A DNA stretch of 64,000 nt from Candidatus Marinacidobacterales bacterium (GTDB taxonomy: Bacteria > Acidobacteriota > Vicinamibacteria > Marinacidobacterales > DATDRI01). The position numbers and the translations under genes were made by a program. A model generated the notes under the pieces. The model was given only the letters and a program-made list of their open reading frames with translations, was not told the origin of the DNA and made no database searches. The stretch lies in contig OZ244742.1 of NCBI GenBank assembly GCA_965219415.1, forward strand, positions 288,001 to 352,000, written 5' to 3'. Positions within the stretch are counted from its first letter, which is position 1; every line of letters starts with the position of its first letter. Shown here piece after piece: positions 41,828-53,497 of the stretch.

Positions 41828-42412
41828 TTACTCCAGGCTCGTAATGATCAGCATGAGAACGTGCTCACCGACCCTGAACTCGGTATGGTTTTCGAGCTCG
41901 TCTTCGTCGATGCGCTTGCCGCCAACGAACGTGCCGTTGGTGCTCCCGAGATCGCGGATAACAACACGGGAGCCCAACACCTCGATGACCGCATGCTCGC
42001 GCGAGCATTCCGGATCATCCACCAACACGATATCGCAATCGGCGCGTCCCATGGTCATGCGGGGCTTGCTGACGGGGAAGATTTCGCCGCTCGCCTTCCC
42101 TTGAAGGACGGCTAGTGAGTATTTCTGATCGGTCGGAAGCGCGAGCATTTCCGACGGCGCCTGCGCCGGATTCATCGTCCGATCGTCGACGTCCGACCGC
42201 ATCCGCTGTACCCGAGAGGTCGTGCGGGCCTTCGGTCTCCGCGGGACGGCAGGGGCGGCCTCGGCGGAGGCTACGGACCCCGATGCGTCTGCACTGATCT
42301 CGATGGGCTCGCCGCACTTCTGACACTTGGCCCGCACGGATGACTTACCGCCCAATCGAGCTTCGTCGAAGCGGTACTTGGCTTTGCAGTCCGGACATAC
42401 GACGCGAATCAT
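41828..42412 (-). CDS. Zinc-ribbon (MJ0042-like) + FHA domain protein
   Basis: CPDC...CQKC; [15 protein letters not shown]. Confidence 0.85.
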   Translation of the reverse strand: MIRVVCPDCKAKYRFDEARLGGKSSVRAKCQKCGEPIEISADASGSVASAEAAPAVPRRPKARTTSRVQRMRSDVDDRTMNPAQAPSEMLALPTDQKYSLAVLQGKASGEIFPVSKPRMTMGRADCDIVLVDDPECSREHAVIEVLGSRVVIRDLGSTNGTFVGGKRIDEDELENHTEFRVGEHVLMLIITSLE

Positions 42413-42453
42413 GGGCTAGATCATTTCCTGAAATACGGCTTTTGTCCAGTCTG

Positions 42454-44015
42454 CTACAAATACCGTCTTTTGACGAAATGCTGCCATTCTTTCATCAGAC
42501 CGATCTCGTCCCGGCCCATCACCTCATTGAGGCCTGATCGATGTTGTAACCCTCGCCGAGCAAGGTCAGGATGTCCTTGACGCCACCCATCCCGCGATTC
42601 TTGATGATGTAGTCGACAACCGAGGTCGCGGCGGGATAGTACAGGCGCACGTCGCACCTCACCCCGATCAAACAGTACGCAAAATCGCTATCCTGATCGA
42701 TCCTCTGGGCTAGCATCTTGCCGTATTGACTGGCGTCCGTGCCCTCTGAGTGCTCGGCCATCCCCTCCTGCAGCCAGCGGGGACAGTTCTTCCCGGCCTG
42801 CGCGTACAAGAACGCGTGCGTCAGCTCGTGGCGCAGTGTCGACTCCACGTGCCCATCGAGACTCTGTAAACCTCGTACCGGCACCCGTACCTTTCCATCG
42901 AACAGGCCGGCCGACCATTTGGGCCCTCCGAGCTCGTTATAGTCGCGACGGGCGTACAGGATGACGACCACCGGCTCCTTGGGTTCGAAATCGAGGCGCG
43001 ATTTGAGGAATCCGTAGCTACGCTCGAGCGACCCGAGCACGAGCCGGCCGGTGTCTTCCATGGTCTCGCCTTCGTACTTCACGATGAAGTGTGACAGTCT
43101 CTGCTTGTTGAAGTCCCCAGCGATCGCCACCTCTCGTATGGCCCTTTCCAACGATGCCCTAACCGTCGCATCGTCCCGAATCGCAAGAGAGTACTCCCAC
43201 GCTTCGATCGCCTTGTCCAACTCTTCTCGCAGGTAATAGACATTGCCCAGGATCGAATACATATCTGGATCGGGTCCAAAGGCGAGCGCCGCCTGAGCCC
43301 ATTTGAGAGCCTGACTCAAGTCTTGGAGCTCGAGGTAGGTTCGGGCGCTCAATCGGGCGAGGTCCTTCGGACCCGCGCCCCACGTTTCGGCCTTCGACAC
43401 AGAATCGAGAGTGTCTCGATATCGCCTCTCGGAGAACTGACGAAGCGCCAGCAAGAGGTAGGCCTTGGCAACGAAAGCGGCCAACCGCTCGTCTCCAGGG
43501 TGCTGCGCGGCAATGTCTACGATCTTTTGAATCTCCGCGCCAGTTACGGTTCTCGTGCTCAAAGTCGGAAGCGACACCCTGGCCCCGGCAGGGGGCAGCA
43601 TGGTCTCGTCGCCTTTGGCATCCCCTCCCTCAAGTCCAGGGATGGAAAGCACCGCACCTCCCGTTGACCGTTCGGTGGCCTCTCCTCCAATCGGAACATC
43701 AGGGGACTTCGTCAGTTGTCCATCCTCGAACTTCGGGGTCGTGGCAACTGGAGACTGCTCCGACCGCTGAGTGCGTTGGACGAGATGCCAACCCGCGGCA
43801 CCAACGAGTACTAGGACGCTCGCCAGCACAATGACATTCAAGAAAGAGAAGCCGGACGCTGATGGCGGTTTGGCTTGGCGGTAAGCGCTTCTCTGCGGGC
43901 CGGCCGGCCTAGGACTCCGTTGAGGCGTACCGGAGCGGAGCTTGGAGAAGATGACTCCGCACCGTGCGCACGAATTGCCCTCGCCCTCGTAGCCACATTT
44001 GGAGCATTTGACCAT
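42454..44015 (-). CDS. Zn-ribbon/TM/TPR/peptidase MA-like protein; C-terminal frameshift at ~42530
   Basis: CSKC...CARCG, TM helix, TPRs, RHELTHA...PRWLQEGMAE. Confidence 0.7.
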
Positions 44016-44127
44016 TACTTGTTCCTCCCGCTCGCTTCCCGATTCGAATTTAAGGAAGATTACGGAAAACTGTTACCCAACGAGCTGGGAGTTGGAACGG
44101 TCTTTATTGTTTCGTGCACGCCAGGCA

Positions 44128-45342
44128 CTAGGCACGAAGCGCTCCACTGCGAGCGTGACCGCGAACGGATTCTACGGTCGACTCGAGCACATCGACAAAG
44201 AGTGTGATTTCTTCGGTCGTCGTGTATTTCCCCAGGCTCACCCGGATCGAGCCCTGCACCCGTTCCGGCCCGAGGCCCATTGCCATCAAAACATGGGAAG
44301 GCTCCACGGTGCCCGACGAGCAGGCTGCCCCGGTGGATACCGCGCAGCCCTTGAGATCTAGGGCTATGATTAGCGTCTCGCCCTCCGCACCGTCGAAACT
44401 GAAGTTCACCGTATTGGGCGTCCGCTCGACACCCTCGCCGTTTGCGCCATTAACACGGCTCCCGGGAATTCGGGCGAGAACGTTTCTGGTCAGTTCGTCC
44501 CTCAGGGCTGCGAGTCGACTGCCATCGTCGTGCAACTCCGCTTCCGCCAATTGGGCAGCATGACCGAGGCCGACTATTCCGGCAAGGTTCTCGGTCCCCG
44601 GACGGCGCGCCCTCTCCTGTCCGCCGCCGCGGAAGATCGGGCGAATCTTCACACCCTTTCTTACGTACAGGGCTCCAATCCCCTTCGGTCCGTAGATCTT
44701 GTGACCCGAGAGGGAAAGCAGGTCGGCTCCCAGAGCGCCGACGTTGACTGCGATCTTTCCAACAGATTGAACCGCGTCGGTGTGAAAGTAGGCACCCGCC
44801 TCATGAGCCAATCCGCTGAGCTCGGCGATGGGTTGCACGACCCCGGTCTCGTTGTTTGCGTGCATAATCGAGACCAAGAGCGTCTCGGAAGTCAAGGCCT
44901 TCTCCAACTCGCTAGAAGAAACCCTCCCGGCGCGATCCACTTTGAGAAAGGTAACCGGTACGCCCCTCTTGGCAAGGGCCTTCATGGTGTTCAAAACCGC
45001 GTGGTGCTCTACCGTGGAAGTAATCAGGTGATTACGCCCTCCCTCCGCCCCGTCGAGCACTCCCAGAATCGCCAGATTATCGGCTTCAGTTCCGCCGCTG
45101 GTGAACAAAATCTCGCTGGGACTCGCGCCGATTAGGCTGGCAACCTGTTCGCGGGCATCGTATAGAGCCGCCTTCGCTCTTTGCCCGTGTGAGTGAATAC
45201 TGGAGGGGTTGCCGAACTCCTCACGGAGGTAGGGCAGCATCGCCTCCAGCACCTCCGGCGCGAGCCGAGTGGTGGCATTATGGTCTAGGTAGATTGGCCT
45301 TTTCGGACTGGCCTCGGTGGACGACTGGCTAGGCTTGCTCAT
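44128..45342 (-). CDS. iscS: Cysteine desulfurase (IscS/NifS)
   Basis: YLDHNATT, FTSGGTEADN, ANNETG, SGHKIYGPKG, STGAACSS. Confidence 0.92.
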   Translation of the reverse strand: MSKPSQSSTEASPKRPIYLDHNATTRLAPEVLEAMLPYLREEFGNPSSIHSHGQRAKAALYDAREQVASLIGASPSEILFTSGGTEADNLAILGVLDGAEGGRNHLITSTVEHHAVLNTMKALAKRGVPVTFLKVDRAGRVSSSELEKALTSETLLVSIMHANNETGVVQPIAELSGLAHEAGAYFHTDAVQSVGKIAVNVGALGADLLSLSGHKIYGPKGIGALYVRKGVKIRPIFRGGGQERARRPGTENLAGIVGLGHAAQLAEAELHDDGSRLAALRDELTRNVLARIPGSRVNGANGEGVERTPNTVNFSFDGAEGETLIIALDLKGCAVSTGAACSSGTVEPSHVLMAMGLGPERVQGSIRVSLGKYTTTEEITLFVDVLESTVESVRGHARSGALRA

Positions 45343-45576
45343 TTAGGGGGCGAACTCTCCTATTTTCCACCATAACCGGATGGCCGTCAAAACGAGGTCT
45401 CCACTCATCCTAGCCCGAAAAAACACTGCTAGCCCGACAGCGTCGGGCTCACGCTACGGCGAAGGCAGTTTGAAAGCCGGCAACCCGCTATGCTAGGATA
45501 CGCAATATAAGTATTTCGCACACAGAACCTCGTTGGTGAACCCCCTTTGGGCGTTGCGCCCGAGGAGAGAACTGTC

Positions 45577-46389
45577 ATGGAAGAACCTCTCGAAGCCACG
45601 GCCACCAGCTCCCAAGCCCCCAAGGAATACAAGTTCATCCAGATGCAAAAGGAGGGCGACGTCGTTCGGGTGACGTTGAACCGCCCCCCCTACAACGTAA
45701 TGAACATCACCATGCTCGAAGAGATCGGCCACGCAATCGACGCCGTGGACATGATGCAGGACACCAAGATCATACTCTTCGAGGGAAGCGATAAGTCGTT
45801 CTCCGGCGGCCTGGATATTGCCGATCACACCGAAGAAAACACGTACCAAATGCTAGAGGCATTCCATCGAATCTTTCGGAGCCTAATCGAGATGGAGGCG
45901 GTGAGCATTTCGGTAGTGAAAGGGATGGCCTTGGGCGGCGGCTGCGAGCTAGCGGCGTGCTGTGACTTCTGCTTCTCCGCCGAAGATGCAAAGCTCGGGC
46001 AGCCCGAGATCAAGGTCGGAATCTTCCCGTCGGTGGCCTGCGTTCTCTACTCTCGGCTTATCGGGCTACACAAAGCCTTCGAGATCATCTTGACCGGGAG
46101 AGTGCTCTCCGCGCGCGAGGCGGAGAGTATCGGGCTCATCAGTAGGTCCGTCGCCCCTGACCAACTCGATGCGGAGGTTCGGCGTTGGATCGATTTCTTG
46201 AAGGGCTTCAGCGCCCCTGTATTGCGCTACACGCGTAGAGCAGTCTCGGACGTCGTCAACCTTCCCTTTGAAGATGCCCTCAAGCACGTCGAAGAGATCT
46301 ACCTCAACCAGCTCATGTCCACCGAAGATGCCAAAGAAGGACTCCAGGCTTTTCTCGAGAAGCGGAAGCCGGTCTGGAAACATCGGTAA
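45577..46389 (+). CDS. Enoyl-CoA hydratase/isomerase family protein
   Basis: [38 protein letters not shown]. Confidence 0.88.
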   Translation: MEEPLEATATSSQAPKEYKFIQMQKEGDVVRVTLNRPPYNVMNITMLEEIGHAIDAVDMMQDTKIILFEGSDKSFSGGLDIADHTEENTYQMLEAFHRIFRSLIEMEAVSISVVKGMALGGGCELAACCDFCFSAEDAKLGQPEIKVGIFPSVACVLYSRLIGLHKAFEIILTGRVLSAREAESIGLISRSVAPDQLDAEVRRWIDFLKGFSAPVLRYTRRAVSDVVNLPFEDALKHVEEIYLNQLMSTEDAKEGLQAFLEKRKPVWKHR

Positions 46390-46400
46390 AATTAGTTCTT

Positions 46401-46510
46401 CTTCCCTTAATCCCTCTCCCTTCCGCCTTCGCTGATGCTTCGGCGGACCCGCCGAAGTCGTTGGAATAGAAGCGGACGGAGGCGGGCCGGGAGAGGGCCT
46501 GGGTGAGGGT
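46401..46510. repeat. Nested palindromic REP-like element
   Basis: Outer CCCTCTCCC (46412) / GGGAGAGGG (46489); inner CCGCCTTCG/CGGAGGCGG and CTTCGGCGG/CCGCCGAAG. Confidence 0.65.
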
Positions 46511-46559
46511 GTTACTCCCGCTGTTGCGAATCGCGCCATTCCTTGATAAATAGACGTCC

Positions 46560-47543
46560 GTGAGAGCCGACACCACCAAAGATCTTTCCCTGGAGTTCCT
46601 TCGCGTCACCGAAGCCGCCGCGATAGCTGCCGCGCGTACGATGGGCCAAGGGGATCGCAAAGGCTCCGACCATGTGGCCGTCGAGGAAATGCGGCGAGTC
46701 ATGGAGTCGGTGGCCATGGACGGTACCATCGTCATCGGCGAAGGCGAGCGGGACAAGGCGCCCATGCTCTACATCGGCGAAAAGGTAGGAGACCGTTCGG
46801 CCGGGGCCCCCGCGATCGACATCGCGGTGGACCCGCTCGAAGGTACGAATTTGTGTGCCACGGGGACGGCCGACGCGATCGCAGTGATGGCCGCTGCCGA
46901 GCGGGGTGGCCTGCTTCACGCGCCCGACATATACATGGACAAGATAGTCGTGGGGCCCTCCTGCAAGGGTCAGGTCGACTTAGACGCCCCGGTGGGAGAC
47001 AACCTGCAGGCCATCGCACGCCACCTGAATCGGAAAGTCCAAGACCTCGTTATCGTTGTACTGGATCGTCCCCGCCATGAAAAATTGATCGGGGATATTC
47101 GCAAGGCCGGGGCACGGATCAAGCTCATTACCGACGGCGACCTCTCCGCCGGGATCACCGCCGCCGTCATCGGAAGCGGAATCCATGCGGTGATGGGAGC
47201 AGGAGGCGCGCCGGAAGGTGTATTGACCGCTGCCGCCATGCGGTGTCTGAACGGCGAAATCGTGGGGCGACTCAAGGTTCTCAAGGCGTCTGACGAAGAC
47301 CGAATGGCAACAATGGGTATCTCCGATCCGAACCGACTGTATTCTACCGAGGATCTAGCCCCCGGCAAGAACATCATTTTCGCCGCAACCGGTGTCACGT
47401 CGGGAGATCTGCTGAAGGGTCTACGGTTCTTTGGCGACGGTGCCCGTACAGAGTCGCTGGTCATGAGCACTAGCCCACGCTATGTTCGTTTCGTGGATAC
47501 CATCCACGTACAGGAAGGAGACCAGGTCAAGATTCGCTTCTGA
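46560..47543 (+). CDS. glpX: Class II fructose-1,6-bisphosphatase
   Basis: [43 protein letters not shown]. Confidence 0.95.
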   Translation: MRADTTKDLSLEFLRVTEAAAIAAARTMGQGDRKGSDHVAVEEMRRVMESVAMDGTIVIGEGERDKAPMLYIGEKVGDRSAGAPAIDIAVDPLEGTNLCATGTADAIAVMAAAERGGLLHAPDIYMDKIVVGPSCKGQVDLDAPVGDNLQAIARHLNRKVQDLVIVVLDRPRHEKLIGDIRKAGARIKLITDGDLSAGITAAVIGSGIHAVMGAGGAPEGVLTAAAMRCLNGEIVGRLKVLKASDEDRMATMGISDPNRLYSTEDLAPGKNIIFAATGVTSGDLLKGLRFFGDGARTESLVMSTSPRYVRFVDTIHVQEGDQVKIRF

Positions 47544-47741
47544 GCGCCGGCGAGGTCGCTTCAAGACATCGCATTTGATTTGGCCGACGCCGGAGACTAC
47601 AATATTTTTACTCACCTGCCACTTTCCCGTTATGCCTCACCGCAACGAACTCCCAACCTCGATCATCAAAGAGGACGATTCATAAGTTGACGTATTTTCG
47701 CACCCGAAATGAATCCCAGGACAAAAAGAAGAGAGGAGGAA

Positions 47742-48170
47742 ATGGCATCCGTTAGCATCGATCTCGAGGGGTTGGTAGTCGCTTTCGATGACGAGTCGCC
47801 GGCACATAGCTACTACCTGGACCGGGAAACCGGTAAGGTTTTTAGTTTCTTGGAAGACAACGCCGACGCCGAAACCGAGGAGATCGCTTGGCAAATCGAG
47901 GCCGACGCCGGAAAGCGCTACCTGCAGATTCCTAAGCGAACATTGGAGGAGGAGCTAGAGGAGCAAGATTTCTTCGTCGAATCGCTCGATGACGGAGAGC
48001 TCAAAGAGAAGGTGGCCAAAGTGATTGAGTCCGACCACGACGGCTCCCAGTTCCAAGATCTTGTCATCCGACACCGTGAGACTCGAGAAAAGTGGCGGGC
48101 TCATTGTCACGTCCGGTCGCGCGAGCGTGCCGATCTCTGGCTCAAGTCTCTGGGACTCACGGCCAGCTGA
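47742..48170 (+). CDS. UPF0158 family protein
   Basis: YYLDRETGKV, RYLQIP, W...WL C-terminal pattern. Confidence 0.7.
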   Translation: MASVSIDLEGLVVAFDDESPAHSYYLDRETGKVFSFLEDNADAETEEIAWQIEADAGKRYLQIPKRTLEEELEEQDFFVESLDDGELKEKVAKVIESDHDGSQFQDLVIRHRETREKWRAHCHVRSRERADLWLKSLGLTAS

Positions 48171-48306
48171 TCGCGCGATTTACCATCCGACGCCGGGGTT
48201 GGAGCCGGGCGCGCTCCCCCCTTCACCGCTCTCCGAACGGGAGCCTGCGAAACCCGCAAAGCCCACAGAGCCAACGAAGAAAGCGAAGAAACGGAGTCAC
48301 TTTTTC

Positions 48307-49242
48307 ATGGGCGAATTGCGTTCGATTCGCGTCGGGGTCGCTGGTTGGTCCTACGCAGACTGGAACGGCATCGTATACCCTCCGCACCGGCCGTCGCGTT
48401 TCGACCCGCTGAGCTACCTGGTCGACTTCTTCGATGCGATCGAGATCAACAGTACGTTCTACCGCCCCGCCCATTCTGGAATGACCCGCTCATGGGCCCT
48501 GCGGAGTGAAGCGAACCCCCACTTTCGTTTCACAGTAAAACTCTACAAAGCGTTCACGCATGAACGCTCGGCCTCTTCGTCGGAGGAGAAGGCCATCAAG
48601 GACGGCCTGATTCCTCTCGTCGAGGCGGGAAAGCTCGGCGCGATGCTGCTTCAGTTTCCCTGGTCCTTCAAGAACGACTCCGACTCGCGAGCCTACCTGG
48701 AGCAATTGTTCGCTCGCTTCGCGGACTATCCGCTGGTTACCGAGGTGCGCCACTCCTCCTGGGACCGACCGGAGTTCTATGAATACCTGAGCGACAAACA
48801 CATCGGATTTTGCAACATCGATCAGCCACGCATCGGTCGCTCCATCGGTCCATCCGAGAAGGCTACCGGCCCGGTCGGGTATGTCCGTCTGCACGGCCGG
48901 AATTACCGGGACTGGTTCCGGGAAGATGCGGGGCGAGACGCGCGTTACGACTATCTGTATCCTGAAAGCGAGCTAGATCCCTGGCTGGACAAAATCTCCC
49001 AAGTTGCGGAAGAATCGACTGAAACCTACGTAATCACCAACAACCACTTCCGGGGGAAGGCCGCGGTCAATGCGCTCCAGATCAAAGCCAAGCTCGCTTC
49101 TCGCCGGGTCGAGGCCCCCGCCTCTTTGGTTGCCGCTTATCCGATCTTGAACGAGCTCGCCGACGCAACTATCCCAGCCTCGGAACCAAAAGCGCGGCGT
49201 GACCAGAAGGCGCCGGACGGCCAAGGCCGGCTGTTCGACTGA
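48307..49242 (+). CDS. DUF72 (YecE-like) protein
   Basis: GVAGWSY.DW, IEINSTFY, LLQFP, EVRH.SW, YVRLHGRN, YDYLY. Confidence 0.88.
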   Translation: MGELRSIRVGVAGWSYADWNGIVYPPHRPSRFDPLSYLVDFFDAIEINSTFYRPAHSGMTRSWALRSEANPHFRFTVKLYKAFTHERSASSSEEKAIKDGLIPLVEAGKLGAMLLQFPWSFKNDSDSRAYLEQLFARFADYPLVTEVRHSSWDRPEFYEYLSDKHIGFCNIDQPRIGRSIGPSEKATGPVGYVRLHGRNYRDWFREDAGRDARYDYLYPESELDPWLDKISQVAEESTETYVITNNHFRGKAAVNALQIKAKLASRRVEAPASLVAAYPILNELADATIPASEPKARRDQKAPDGQGRLFD

Positions 49243-49245
49243 CAG

Positions 49246-50347
49246 CTAGAGAGCGAACGGTGCTGGATGGTGGGCGATATTCAGAATGTCTTTCACCAAT
49301 GCAGCAGCAGTGGTCGAAGGTCCACCTTTCCCACTCCGAATAACGAAACGACCCATGAGGTCTGATTCGAACTCGGATCCTTTCTCGCCGGCAGCAAGCG
49401 GATAGAGCGGATCGTCGGGGCCAAGCTCCTCGGGTGCGACTCGAATCTCCACCTCGCCATCCGGATTCAACGACCGAGCCGAGCCGATGAGGCGAAGCTT
49501 TTGCCCCGCCCATTGGATTCGGGATAAATGTTCCGCCGTCACTTCGGTGATGCCTTTCGACGCGAACGCTGTCCAGCGGAATCTCGGCGCCCCAAAACGA
49601 ACGGGCCAAGATGAGCACTTTGAAAGCGGTGTCCCAACCCTCGAGGTCCAAGCTCGGGTCGGATTCGAGAATGCCCGCGCTCCGAGCGTTCTCGACCGCC
49701 GCCTGATAAGACATTCCGGACTCCATCTTGATAAGAATACGGTTGGACGCTTCGTTGAAAATTCCGCGAAAACCCCGCAGCCCGGCGCCTCGCAAACTGA
49801 GATGCATCGTCTCTAGACTCGGTAGTGGCGTCCCAACCGCGGCCGACATTCCAATCCGACACTTCTCGCGGCCAGCGAGTTCTACCAAGTCGCCGAAAGC
49901 ATGCACCAGAGGCCCCTTGCTCGCGAGAACCACCGAATGCCCGAGCTCCAGAGCATGACGCACCGCCGAAAGCCCAGGCTCGCCGGTCTTTGGATCGGTC
50001 GGGCTGGCGTCGACGAGAGTGACCCCGCGCTGCCTGGGGAGACTGGATAGCCCATCCAAAACTGTACTCTCGCGATGCCCCCCCGAGATCCCATGCAACT
50101 CGGCAACGCTGCATCCCGCCCGCTTGGCAGCCACAATTTCCGGAATGGGCAGCCCCTCGCCCATCAAACCCCCGCTTCGGTCGAAGATCCCGATTAACTC
50201 TAGCCGGATACCTTCTTCCGTGAATCCTCCCCGCTCTGCGAGGAGCGACGCAAAGGCCTGCCCAACCTTCCCAAAACCGAGCAGAACGATGGGGGCTTGT
50301 TTCAGGGCAACACCTCGAAGGTCAGAGTGCTCCAGAAGCTTTCCCAC
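49246..50347 (-). pseudogene. hom: Homoserine dehydrogenase, frameshifted at ~49555 (start uncertain, possibly ~50305)
   Basis: LLGFGKVG, ASKGP, GILESDPSLDLEGWD..K; C-terminus GKGGPSTTAAALVKDIL in another frame. Confidence 0.78.
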
Positions 50348-51167
50348 TCCGCTTCTGGATCCTCAGGAAGTCGAACCATGTGAATCGTGCGTAAGTACCA
50401 GCGGCCTGACTCTCCCATGATCAAGGTCGCCCGGCCATCCGAATCGGTCACCGTCTTGACGCGACGAGAAGCGCCCCCCCGCGTGTCCGCCAGCCACCTC
50501 AACATCTGCAAGGGGGTGGCCATCGAAGAGCACCACTACCGGTAAGGACTCCCCTGCCTCCAGTGTGCGTGGATCTATTTGCGGAAACGATCTCGAGCTT
50601 GAGCCCGAGGGCCTTCGACCACGCGCCGTCTAGGCCGTCACCCACTTGAAGGATCGCCTTAGACCATTTCGTATAGCGCTCCACCGCCGGTCGGTTCATC
50701 TCTCCCAACTTCTTTCGGAGCTCCAGTATTTTCCCAAGGCCATCTTCCTCAAGGTACTGGTTGAACTCGTCGGCGCGCAGGCGCACGGCGCGGGGACGAG
50801 TCGAAAGAGCCAGAATTGCCGTTCCCGGCTCGGGAACGACGAGCTCGGCCGTCAGAGACTCGCCATCAGCCAGGAACTGGGAAAGTAAACTCTCCCCCGA
50901 GGCCACATGAACGCGAAGACTCTCGATGCGACGCCGGCTGAGTAGCGCATCGCTGGCTGGGAACTCGTCGCCAGAGTTGATGAAAACGCGGATCGTTTCC
51001 CCGGGCGCAATAATGAACTTCCCGGGCAGCACCCAAAGGTCGTGGGGCTCGGCGGGCAGCGCGAGCCCCAGCGCTGCAAGAAAAATGGCAAAAAGAAGGG
51101 CTCGGGCGCGATATCGACCCGAGCCCGCGGAAGAGACCGACTGAGAGTCAGCCAGGTATCGAAGCAA
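50302..51167 (-). pseudogene. DUF4198 family exported protein, frameshifted at ~50570-50520
   Basis: HDLWV, LEEDG, ERYTKWSK, TDSDGRA, WESFWSTLTF. Confidence 0.75.
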
Positions 51168-51185
51168 ATCCGTGACGGTTCTCGT

Positions 51186-51698
51186 TTAGGACGCGCGGAA
51201 ATCGGCGACCATCTGCATGGTGCCCCATTCGATAGTGATCTTCCCCTGCATGTCCTCGGCGGACAGCTTGATGGTTAGCATCTCGACCGGAGCGTCTAGC
51301 TTCATGACCGTCATCGGTATCTCTGCGATTACACCTTCAGGTTTTCCTCGCTCCGAGCCCTCGGCTAGAACTAACGACCACTTGTCTTCACCTGCGAACT
51401 TGGCGAACAGTTTGTACTCCCCGTGGGAAATACTGTGGTCCCCTCCCATCGTCAGGTCGACGGCGGTGTTGAAGGTCGTGGCCTTGTCCGCGCCCACTCT
51501 CCAGTAGTCGCCCGGCTGGACCTTCGACATCATGTCCCGCCCCTTGAGCATGGGCCGGCCGTACTCGACATTCACGACTCCACCTTCGACATTCGCGCTC
51601 GCCTGTCCTCGTTCGTTCCCGTGCCCAAGAACATAGGTCGGCGCGAGAGTTAGAGCACTCATGACACCAATAAGGAGAACCCCCTTGATTACACCCAT
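51186..51698 (-). CDS. DUF2911 family exported protein
   Basis: VEYGRPMLKGR, WRVGADKAT, IEWG. Confidence 0.8.
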   Translation of the reverse strand: MGVIKGVLLIGVMSALTLAPTYVLGHGNERGQASANVEGGVVNVEYGRPMLKGRDMMSKVQPGDYWRVGADKATTFNTAVDLTMGGDHSISHGEYKLFAKFAGEDKWSLVLAEGSERGKPEGVIAEIPMTVMKLDAPVEMLTIKLSAEDMQGKITIEWGTMQMVADFRAS

Positions 51699-51739
51699 TC
51701 TTTCAACCTCCTCCGATACGCTGGTTGCTGTTGCTGGAT

Positions 51740-52669
51740 CTATTGGCCGCTGGACGTCGTTGAAACGAGCATTTCGTTGATGTCTTTGTCCAGCACATCA
51801 CGCGGTTGGTAATTCACGTAATACTTGACGATCATTCCCTCTCGATCGATGAGGAACATCGTGGGGAAGATGTTGACATTGCCCAGCGCCGCCCGGTCCT
51901 CTCCCGAAAGATGAAAGTTGGGGAAACTAATGGCGTGTTTCTCGAGGTACTCCGCCCTCGCTTGATCGTCATAGGACAGATCGAGTACGCGATCTGCGTT
52001 AGCGCCTAGGACGGTAAATCCTCGTGACTCGAAGTCACTTTGGATACCGACGAGCTCTGGGCTCATGCGGACGCAGGGCGGGCAGTTCGTAAACCAGACG
52101 TACAGTAGAACCGCTTTGCCTCTCATCGCTTTCAGACCCAGCTCTCGCCCCTCGAAGTCGGCGAAGCCCACTCCAGAGACAGAAGGCGCCGGTTTTCCCT
52201 CCCACGACAGGCTTCGCTCCAGAATCTTGTTGAATTGTGGATTGCCTTTGATCTTGTCGATATCCACCGCAACGATCTCGTGGGTTTCCGGGTCCCGGGT
52301 TATGAACTTAGGGACTCTCGGATCGGATTCCATTACCGACAACACGACGTCGGACTCCTCCGGACCGAAGAAATCGAACCGATCCGAGATATCCTGCAGC
52401 GTCGGAAACTTGCCATGGCCGACCTGATGCTCGACGATGAACAGTGGGACCTGAAAAAAAACCCCGTTTAATCGACTTAGAACTTCCCGCTCCTCGGGAG
52501 ACGCGAAGACGTCGTTGTAGAGCTCGGACAGAACCACAGGCTTGCCCGGCTTCAGATTTTCCTTGACGTAGGCGATGATTCGGCGTTCGGTCTCGCGCGC
52601 GTCTTGCTTCGGCTCGTTGCTGGTACCGACTCCGAATAAGAGCGCGAGAAGAATCCAGTGGGGCCCCAT
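51740..52669 (-). CDS. TlpA-like thioredoxin-fold protein with long N-terminal extension
   Basis: WFTNCPPC, FPTMFLIDREG; signal peptide. Confidence 0.8.
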   Translation of the reverse strand: MGPHWILLALLFGVGTSNEPKQDARETERRIIAYVKENLKPGKPVVLSELYNDVFASPEEREVLSRLNGVFFQVPLFIVEHQVGHGKFPTLQDISDRFDFFGPEESDVVLSVMESDPRVPKFITRDPETHEIVAVDIDKIKGNPQFNKILERSLSWEGKPAPSVSGVGFADFEGRELGLKAMRGKAVLLYVWFTNCPPCVRMSPELVGIQSDFESRGFTVLGANADRVLDLSYDDQARAEYLEKHAISFPNFHLSGEDRAALGNVNIFPTMFLIDREGMIVKYYVNYQPRDVLDKDINEMLVSTTSSGQ

Positions 52670-52830
52670 GCACACTCCTTCAACCCGATATTTCTCCGTC
52701 TCGCAAGCGCCCCATCTTAGCCAGAGGCCCCCACGCGGTCAAACAACCCACTGGAGCCCGAGGCAAACGGAGTGAACACCATCTCCCCCTTTAGTCTCGG
52801 GAATTGCTAAAATCCCGTCAGGAGGTGGTG

Positions 52831-53451
52831 ATGCCAAGACTTCATTGGCCGCCAGTAGCGGCGTTACTGCTCGTTGGCATGCTCGGTGAGTCCGCGGCCC
52901 AAGAACGGCGGTTCATCATCGGGGGAGGAGGAGGCTTCGCGACGCTCTTCAACCCCAATTTTGATCTTGGCCGAGGCACGAACTTAGGAGGATTTTTCGG
53001 GGTCCGATTAAGCGACCAAGTGACCGCGGAAATCGGCCTCGACTTCACAAACGTGTCCCGAGCCTTCACGCTGGGCCCGGGCGGTGAGCTCATCTTCGAG
53101 ACAGATGCTAGAGTAATCGCTCAGGTCCAGTTGGAACAAAACCGATACCACCTGGACGGGACGCTTTATTATCATTTCGGGCGACGCAAACCCTTTCACC
53201 CCTATATCTTAGGAGGTGGTGGCATGGTGCGACGGAACCTCGTGAGGACCAATTTCGACCCCGATACAGGCACCATCGAGCAAGACGAGCGGACCGTCGA
53301 TACTGAGCCGACGTTCAGTTTCGGTGCCGGTTTCGACTATTACTTTCTCTACAACGTGTCGGTGCGAGGCGAGATGCGCTGGTGGGTGCCAGGGGGTGAG
53401 TGGCACGGGCGAACCCGGCGGATCTTTGCCGGCCTCAGCTACTACTTCTAG
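52831..53451 (+). CDS. Outer-membrane beta-barrel protein
   Basis: Signal peptide, HPYILGGGG, FGAGFDY, terminal LSYYF. Confidence 0.78.
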   Translation: MPRLHWPPVAALLLVGMLGESAAQERRFIIGGGGGFATLFNPNFDLGRGTNLGGFFGVRLSDQVTAEIGLDFTNVSRAFTLGPGGELIFETDARVIAQVQLEQNRYHLDGTLYYHFGRRKPFHPYILGGGGMVRRNLVRTNFDPDTGTIEQDERTVDTEPTFSFGAGFDYYFLYNVSVRGEMRWWVPGGEWHGRTRRIFAGLSYYF

Positions 53452-53497
53452 CTACCCCTTCCCGATTCATGCTGGGCGTCAAAATACTTCGGCGCCA

